Source: an uncultured cyanobacterium (GTDB lineage Bacteria > Cyanobacteriota > Cyanobacteriia > Cyanobacteriales > Cyanobacteriaceae). Taken from it: a stretch of 64,000 nt of DNA. Positions 57,762 through 64,000 of this stretch are shown one piece after another. The stretch's first letter is position 1. Each line of letters begins with the position of its first letter. The translations under genes were made by a program, and so were the position numbers. The notes beneath the pieces were generated by a model. It was not told the origin of the DNA, made no database searches, and saw only the letters and a list, made by a program, of their open reading frames with translations. The stretch is taken from assembly GCA_963749915.1 (NCBI GenBank), contig CAVVOP010000008.1:544001-608000 (forward strand), read 5' to 3'.

Positions 57762-59279
57762 TTATAATGCGACTTCAAACGCAATACCTTCTTCGACAAA
57801 TTGGGGAAAATTTGCAATAATACTTTGACGTTCTTCTTCCCCTACAAAAATATAAGTTCCTGGTTGTTGAGTATTTTGGAAGCGATAGAAATCAATTCCT
57901 AAACCGGCATTGGCATCATAAGCATAAAAAGCAATTCCTTCCTCATTGAAATTAGGAAAATTTTGGCGAATATTGATGCTTTCTTCTTCTCCAGCATAAA
58001 GATAAGTACCCGGCACATTCTGATTTTGAAAACGATTAAAACGAATTAAATCATCTTTTGGTTCTGATGACACAGAAAAAGCACGTCCCTCTTCCTGAAA
58101 TTGTGTAAAATTTTGAAGAATACTTTGACGTTCTTCCTCTCCTACAAAAAGATAAGTGCCTGGACGATCACTATTCTGAAAACGGTAAAAAGGACGATCT
58201 AACTCCGACTCACCCAAAGCGGCAAATACCGCCGTTTCACCAAAACCAACAATATCAGCAAAACCATCACCGTTAACATCACCCAACTGACGAGGATATT
58301 TATCAAAACTATCCCAGCCTCCATCATCGATGGTATAATTGCCATCTAAGGCTGTGTAAACAGGACTAAAAGTACCATTAGCATTACCCAAAGCGGCAAA
58401 TACTTGAGTCTGACCAAAGCCGACAATATCCTCAAAACCATCACCATTAATATCGGCCAACTTACGGGGATATTTATTAAAACTAGTCCAACCACCATCA
58501 CTAGGGGTAAAGTGTGCATCATCATTAAAAGCAGTGTAAGGTGTGCCAAAAGTACCGTCGGCTTTGCCCAAAGCGGCTGTTACCAGTGTTTCACCAAAAC
58601 CAACAATATCAGCAAAACCGTCGCCATTAATATCTCCTAGCTGACGAGGATATTTGTCAAAACTATCCCAGCCTCCATCATCAACAGTATAACTACCATC
58701 AAGAGCCGTGTAAACAGGGCTAAAAGTACCATTAGCATTACCCAAGGCGGCAAATACTTTAGTCTGACCAAAGCCGACAATATCCTCAAAACCATCACCG
58801 TTAATATCGGCTAACTGACGAGGATATTTATTAAAACTAGTCCAACCACCATCACTAGGGGTAAAGTGTGCATCATCATTAAAAGCAGTGTAAGGTGTGC
58901 CAAAAGTACCGTCGGCTTTGCCCAAAGCGGCTGTTACCAGTGTTTCACCAAAACCAACAATATCAGCAAAACCGTCGCCATTAATATCTCCTAGCTGACG
59001 AGGATATTTGTCAAAACTATCCCAGCCTCCATCATCAACAGTATAACTACCATCAAGAGCCGTGTAAACAGGGCTAAAAGTACCATTAGCATTACCCAAG
59101 GCGGCAAATACTTTAGTCTGACCAAAGCCGACAATATCCTCAAAACCATCACCGTTAATATCGGCTAACTGACGGGGATATTTATTAAAACTAGTCCAAC
59201 CACCATCACTAGGGGTAAAGTGCGCATCGTCATTAAAAGCAGTATAAGGTGTTCCGAACGTAACTTTAACATTTTGCAT
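57762..59279 (-). CDS. FG-GAP/lectin-like beta-propeller repeat protein with a three-repeat C-terminal domain
   Basis: Six GGWxSFxKYPRxL(A/G)DxNGDGFxDIVGFG repeats and three FxRFQNxxxPGTYxxxGEEE repeats. Confidence 0.8.
   Translation of the reverse strand: MQNVKVTFGTPYTAFNDDAHFTPSDGGWTSFNKYPRQLADINGDGFEDIVGFGQTKVFAALGNANGTFSPVYTALDGSYTVDDGGWDSFDKYPRQLGDINGDGFADIVGFGETLVTAALGKADGTFGTPYTAFNDDAHFTPSDGGWTSFNKYPRQLADINGDGFEDIVGFGQTKVFAALGNANGTFSPVYTALDGSYTVDDGGWDSFDKYPRQLGDINGDGFADIVGFGETLVTAALGKADGTFGTPYTAFNDDAHFTPSDGGWTSFNKYPRKLADINGDGFEDIVGFGQTQVFAALGNANGTFSPVYTALDGNYTIDDGGWDSFDKYPRQLGDVNGDGFADIVGFGETAVFAALGESELDRPFYRFQNSDRPGTYLFVGEEERQSILQNFTQFQEEGRAFSVSSEPKDDLIRFNRFQNQNVPGTYLYAGEEESINIRQNFPNFNEEGIAFYAYDANAGLGIDFYRFQNTQQPGTYIFVGEEERQSIIANFPQFVEEGIAFEVAL
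58212..59262 (-). repeat. Three tandem 354-bp intragenic repeats
   Basis: Identical anchors (ctaggggtaaagtg) at 58501, 58855 and 59209. Confidence 0.92.
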
Positions 59280-59458
59280 AGTTGATTTAGGTTTATTAAA
59301 TAAATTGATATTTCGGATTTATCTATTGACGATATTTTTAAATATTTGTTCATCGTACCAAATGTCAACTTCTACTAATTGGTTAGCAGATAATTATAGT
59401 GATCACTTAAAAGTAGTCAGGACTTCAATACTTTAAGGATTGAAGATTTAGGGACAAA

Positions 59459-62035
59459 CTACACAATCACAAAGTTAACTAATTTGCCCGGTACAACGAT
59501 AACTTTTTTAACTTCTTTATCAGCGATATATTTTTGGGCAATATCTGATTCTCTGGCAAACTTTTCCAACTCCTCTTTACCAGCGGAAGCGGGTACGGAA
59601 ATAGTACCTCTAGTTTTACCCATAATCTGAATAACGAGGGTAATTTCATCGACAATTAAAGCCTCATTATCAAAGGTTAACCATGATTGTAAATGCACCG
59701 ATGCACTATTACCCAATTTTTGCCATAATTCTTCACTAATGTGAGGGGCAAAAGGTGCCAAAAGTAAAATGAAGGTTTCGATTCCTTCTCGAAAAACAGG
59801 AGAATTTTTAATCTTATTATCCCGTAAAGCGTTACTTAATTTCATCAATTCCGACACTGCGGTATTAAATTGATAATCGCCGTTTAAGTCTTCAGAAATC
59901 TCTTTAATAGCGGTATGAATTGCCCTTCTTAAATCTTTTTCTTCCTTGCTTAATTTACTTTGATCAAAGGTTTTATTCTTAGCTGAATGGGGATTTTCTA
60001 CGAACTCATTTATTAATAACCAAACTCTGTTTAAAAAACGAAATTGCCCTTCAACATCTGCATCTTGCCATTCCAAATCCTTCTCAGGAGGCGCTTTAAA
60101 TAAAATGAACATTCTGGCGGTATCAGCACCATATTTCGATAAAACAATTTGTGGATCAACCCCATTATATTTAGACTTGGACATCTTTTCAAAAAAGAAA
60201 GATAGTTTTTCTAATGTTGTGGCATCTCTCCAGGCGTCATATTTATAAATGACTTGTTCGGAAGGTACATATTTCCCTGTTTCAGGATTTTTATAGGTTA
60301 AACTCTGTACCATCCCTTGAGTTAATAACCGCTTAAAAGGCTCATCCACATTAACCAAACCTCGATCGCGCAATACCTTAGTGAAAAAGCGAGAATAAAG
60401 CAAGTGTAAGATAGCATGTTCAATACCTCCTACATATTGATCCACAGCCATCCAATCATTGACCCTATTGACGTTAAAAGGCTCATCTTGGTTTGTTGCA
60501 TCAGTATAACGGAAAAAATACCATGAGGAGTCGATAAAGGTGTCCATGGTGTCCGTTTCTCGTTTTGCCAGAGTGCCACAACTAGGGCAAGCAGCATTTA
60601 CCCAATCATCCATCTTCGCTAAGGGTGAGGGTCCACGACCGGAAAATTCCACTTGTTCAGGCAATTTTACAGGTAAATCCTCCGTAGGTACCGGCACAGC
60701 ACCACACTCGGGACAGTGAATCACAGGAATAGGACAACCCCAATAACGTTGACGGGATATTAACCAATCTCGGAGACGATATTGAATCCGTCTTCTACCA
60801 TAACCTTGGTTTTCCGCTAGTCGAATAACAGCCTCTTTACCCCTAACGGAATCCATGCCATTAAAAGCATGAGAACTGACCATCGTGCCAGATTCAGTGT
60901 AGGCTTCTAAAAAACAAATATCGGAATTATCGGCATCATCAGGTAAAATTACGACTTTTATCGGTAAATCATTTTCTTTAGCAAATTTAAAGTCTCTCAC
61001 GTCGTGTGCAGGTACCCCCATTACCGCCCCCGTACCATATTCGTATAATACATAGTTAGCGATCAAGATGGGAATTTCTTCACCGTTAAAGGGATTAATG
61101 GCCTTACCCCCCGTTAATGTACCTTTTTTGGGTTTATCTTCAGCTGTGCGATCGATTTCACTCTCATGACTGACCTCTGTAATAAAGGCTTGTACAGCTT
61201 CTTTTCTGTCTTCAGTGGTAACAACCGGGGTTAAAGGATGTTCAGGAGCTAAAACTACATAAGTAACACCATAAACTGTATCAGGGCGAGTGGTAAAGAC
61301 GGCGATTTTTTCTTCACTGCCGACAACGGGAAACTCTAAATATGCACCCACTGACTTACCAATCCAATTTTCCTGCATAGTTTTAACTCTTTCCGGCCAC
61401 CCGTCCAACTGTTGCAAATCCCTCAATAATTGTTCGGCATAGTCGGTAATTTTCAGAAACCATTGTCTTAATAATTTACGCTCTACTTTTGCTCCACTAC
61501 GCCACGAATAACCGTCAGCATCCACTTGTTCGTTAGCTAACACCGTTTGATCTATAGGGTCCCAGTTTACCGCCGCTTCCCGTTGATATGCCAATCCTGC
61601 TGTTAAAAATTGTAAAAATAACCACTGTGTCCATTTATAATAATCAGGGGAACAGGTGGCGACTTCCCTACTCCAATCGATGGATAAACCTAATTCTTGT
61701 AATTGCGATCGCATTTGGGCTATATTTTCATAAGTCCACTTAGCGGGAGGGATTCCCCTGTCAATAGCGGCATTTTCCGCAGGTAAACCAAAGGCATCCC
61801 AACCCATGGGATGTAACACTCTATAGCCTTGCATTCTCTTATAACGAGCGATAACATCAGTAATCACATAGTTGCGTACATGACCCATGTGTAATTTGCC
61901 TGAAGGATAGGGAAACATAGATAAGGCGTAAAATTTAGGTTTTTCTTGATTTTCGTCTGTGTCATAAAGTCCAGTTTCTGACCACTGTTTTTGCCATTTA
62001 GATTCTATATCACTGGGTTGATAGGGAGATTGCAT
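59459..62035 (-). CDS. leuS: Leucine--tRNA ligase
   Basis: [29 protein letters not shown]. Confidence 0.98.
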   Translation of the reverse strand: MQSPYQPSDIESKWQKQWSETGLYDTDENQEKPKFYALSMFPYPSGKLHMGHVRNYVITDVIARYKRMQGYRVLHPMGWDAFGLPAENAAIDRGIPPAKWTYENIAQMRSQLQELGLSIDWSREVATCSPDYYKWTQWLFLQFLTAGLAYQREAAVNWDPIDQTVLANEQVDADGYSWRSGAKVERKLLRQWFLKITDYAEQLLRDLQQLDGWPERVKTMQENWIGKSVGAYLEFPVVGSEEKIAVFTTRPDTVYGVTYVVLAPEHPLTPVVTTEDRKEAVQAFITEVSHESEIDRTAEDKPKKGTLTGGKAINPFNGEEIPILIANYVLYEYGTGAVMGVPAHDVRDFKFAKENDLPIKVVILPDDADNSDICFLEAYTESGTMVSSHAFNGMDSVRGKEAVIRLAENQGYGRRRIQYRLRDWLISRQRYWGCPIPVIHCPECGAVPVPTEDLPVKLPEQVEFSGRGPSPLAKMDDWVNAACPSCGTLAKRETDTMDTFIDSSWYFFRYTDATNQDEPFNVNRVNDWMAVDQYVGGIEHAILHLLYSRFFTKVLRDRGLVNVDEPFKRLLTQGMVQSLTYKNPETGKYVPSEQVIYKYDAWRDATTLEKLSFFFEKMSKSKYNGVDPQIVLSKYGADTARMFILFKAPPEKDLEWQDADVEGQFRFLNRVWLLINEFVENPHSAKNKTFDQSKLSKEEKDLRRAIHTAIKEISEDLNGDYQFNTAVSELMKLSNALRDNKIKNSPVFREGIETFILLLAPFAPHISEELWQKLGNSASVHLQSWLTFDNEALIVDEITLVIQIMGKTRGTISVPASAGKEELEKFARESDIAQKYIADKEVKKVIVVPGKLVNFVIV

Positions 62036-62204
62036 AAAATATTTTTGGAGTATCTATAATTATTTAATTTGGTAGATCTTCCATTTTAGTCGAAAAAAAT
62101 AAGTAATAAATTGGTAGTATAAAGAGTGGACAAATAAGCTCAAAAATCTTATTCTGATACTCTTATCTCCTCTTATAGAGTCCGGCATTCTAAGGTTTAA
62201 ACCT

Positions 62205-63017
62205 CTAATTGTCAAACACCCTAGTCCAAACCCTAAATTTGACCAAATTAACCGGCTTAAATGAAGTAGTCAAGGCTGTATCTACCGCATCGCGGCCTCG
62301 GCTGATTAAGATCCGTCCTACCCGGGGGACGTTATGACGAGCATCAAAAGTGTACCATTGATGGTCCAAGTAGGCTTCAAACCAAGAGCTAAAATCCATG
62401 GGCAAGGTTGTTGGTGGGACGCCGATGTCGCCCAAGTAGCCAGCTGCGTATCGAGCCGGGATGTTCAAGCAACGACAGAAAGTAACTGCCAAGTGGGCAA
62501 AATCGCGGCAGACCCCCCGGCGCTCAGTGTATACTTCATAGGCAGTTTTGGTTGGACGGGCATACTCGTAGCCAAAGACCACGTGGTTATGAACCCAATC
62601 ACAAACAGCTTGTACTCGAGCCCAGCCAGTCGGTGTTTGCTCAAAGAGCTTCCAGGCAATTTCTGAGAGGAGATCTACTTCACAATAGCGGCTACCGAGT
62701 AAATAGGGTAGCACCTCCAGAGGCAACGACTCTACTGGGTGCTGTTGGGCTGAGGAGTTGACTAAATCTGGCCGAGAGTTGACCCAGAGCACGGCCTCAT
62801 TCACCAAGCTGACGCGACCTGCTGGCAAGACCAGGCGACTTACTCGATTACCGAAGCCATCGACAAATTCTTCTACCGCCGTCTCTGGCTCAATTCTCAG
62901 TCGCTCAGGCTGTTTTACCTCAGCCAGCCGGGACGGATGCAGGTAGACCTTCAAGAGCATAGGTGCCGGCGACGGCACTTCAAATAAAAATTGATAACCA
63001 ACACGAATTAAGATCAT
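62205..63017 (-). CDS. Transglutaminase-like family protein
   Basis: SRYCEVD, GVCRDFAH, NIPARY..GYLGDI, MDFSSWFEAYL, FDARHN.PR.GR. Confidence 0.9.
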   Translation of the reverse strand: MILIRVGYQFLFEVPSPAPMLLKVYLHPSRLAEVKQPERLRIEPETAVEEFVDGFGNRVSRLVLPAGRVSLVNEAVLWVNSRPDLVNSSAQQHPVESLPLEVLPYLLGSRYCEVDLLSEIAWKLFEQTPTGWARVQAVCDWVHNHVVFGYEYARPTKTAYEVYTERRGVCRDFAHLAVTFCRCLNIPARYAAGYLGDIGVPPTTLPMDFSSWFEAYLDHQWYTFDARHNVPRVGRILISRGRDAVDTALTTSFKPVNLVKFRVWTRVFDN

Positions 63018-63060
63018 TTGGAATAGCGTGGAATATTGGAGTGGATAAACGGTCCTTTTC

Positions 63061-64000
63061 TTAGTTATTTTGGGCTTGAATGGCGGTAATTACCACTGTA
63101 TTAATTATATCTTCGACGGTGCAACCACGACTGAGATCATTCACAGGCTTATTTAAACCCTGTAAAATTGGACCAATGGCCATCGCCTTGGTTTCTCTTT
63201 GCACGGCTTTATAAGTATTATTGCCAGTATTCAAATCCGGAAAAATAAATACTGTCGCTTTGCCTGCTACTTGAGAATTAGGCATTTTTTGGGCAGCGAC
63301 GGTGGAATCCACAGCGGCATCGTACTGCACTGGGCCTTCTAATTTTAACTCAGGTTGTCGCTGTTGAGCAATTTTAACTGCTTGACGTACTTTTTCCACT
63401 TCGGCCCCTTGACCAGAAGTCCCCGAAGAATAAGATAATAGAGCAACTCTAGGCTCGATGCCAAAAACTGCCGCAGTTTCCGCCGAAGATAAAGCAATTT
63501 CGGCCAACTGCTCGGGATTAGGATTAGGATTAACGGCACAATCGCCATAGACTAAGATGTGAGTCTCCAGACACATGAAAAATACCGAAGAAACTAGAGA
63601 AAATCCGGGTTTGGTTTTGATAATTTCCAAAGCAGGTCTAATGGTATTTTGAGTTGTGTGAATTGCACCAGATACCATCCCATCGGCATCACCAGCATAA
63701 ACCATCATTGTTGCCAAATAAGATAGGTCTTGGAGGCAGTCTCTGGCACCATCAATAGTGATACCTTTGTGTTTTCTTAATTGATAAAAAGTCTGAGCAT
63801 ATTCCTCAAACTGAGAAAATTGACTTGGTTCAACAATCTCCAGCTCATCAAGATTGAGGTTAATACCATGATGGTTAATGGATTCTTCAATGTCACGCCT
63901 CTGACCTAAAAAAACTAAATCGGCCATATTTTGAGCCAGTAACACAGAAGCAGCCCGCAGAATTCTCGGTTCTGCTCCTTCGGGTAAGACAATCTTCTGG
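63061..64000 (-). CDS. pta: Phosphate acetyltransferase, C-terminal part (5' end outside the window)
   Basis: IVLPEG.EPRIL, ADGMVSGA.HTT, YGDCAVNP.P, GPVQYDAA, FPDLNTGNNTYK, PVNDLSRG. Confidence 0.95.
   Translation of the reverse strand, partial: QKIVLPEGAEPRILRAASVLLAQNMADLVFLGQRRDIEESINHHGINLNLDELEIVEPSQFSQFEEYAQTFYQLRKHKGITIDGARDCLQDLSYLATMMVYAGDADGMVSGAIHTTQNTIRPALEIIKTKPGFSLVSSVFFMCLETHILVYGDCAVNPNPNPEQLAEIALSSAETAAVFGIEPRVALLSYSSGTSGQGAEVEKVRQAVKIAQQRQPELKLEGPVQYDAAVDSTVAAQKMPNSQVAGKATVFIFPDLNTGNNTYKAVQRETKAMAIGPILQGLNKPVNDLSRGCTVEDIINTVVITAIQAQNN

Noticed and set aside
1..64000. CRISPR array, tRNA or rRNA genes
   Set aside because: I saw no repeat-spacer periodicity or recognisable structural RNA. 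The long repeats are intragenic and have no unique spacers.

Overview
AT-rich cyanobacterial chromosomal window. It has at least 11 HIP1 sites (GCGATCGC), psbU, sasA, ccaA and the NDH-1(3) CO2-uptake genes; the style suggests a Geminocystis/Cyanobacterium-like host (inference). Most of it is housekeeping: ppk1, aroB, hemC, coaE, ssb, mreB, gatB, scpB, cbiB, tldD, smc, leuS and pta. An accessory tract at about 3.9-13.7 kb carries sulP-usp, IS1380 and ISAs1 debris, a higA whose higB is truncated, an MshEN-like membrane protein, a divergent Amt and a secreted CHAT protein. Smaller accessory patches lie at about 24.4-27.6, 55.1-55.9, 57.8-59.3 and 62.2-63.0 kb. I saw no rRNA, tRNA or CRISPR array. 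The best leads missing from the ORF track are an 11-codon leader ORF ([11 protein letters not shown]) followed by a hairpin and U-tract upstream of sulP (candidate attenuator), a 31-aa membrane microprotein gene, and a higB stump coupled to higA. Also notable are a one-base frameshift in cupA, mreB without mreCD, and a lectin-like propeller protein built from recent 354-bp duplications. All family calls come from motif recognition by eye; no searches were run.
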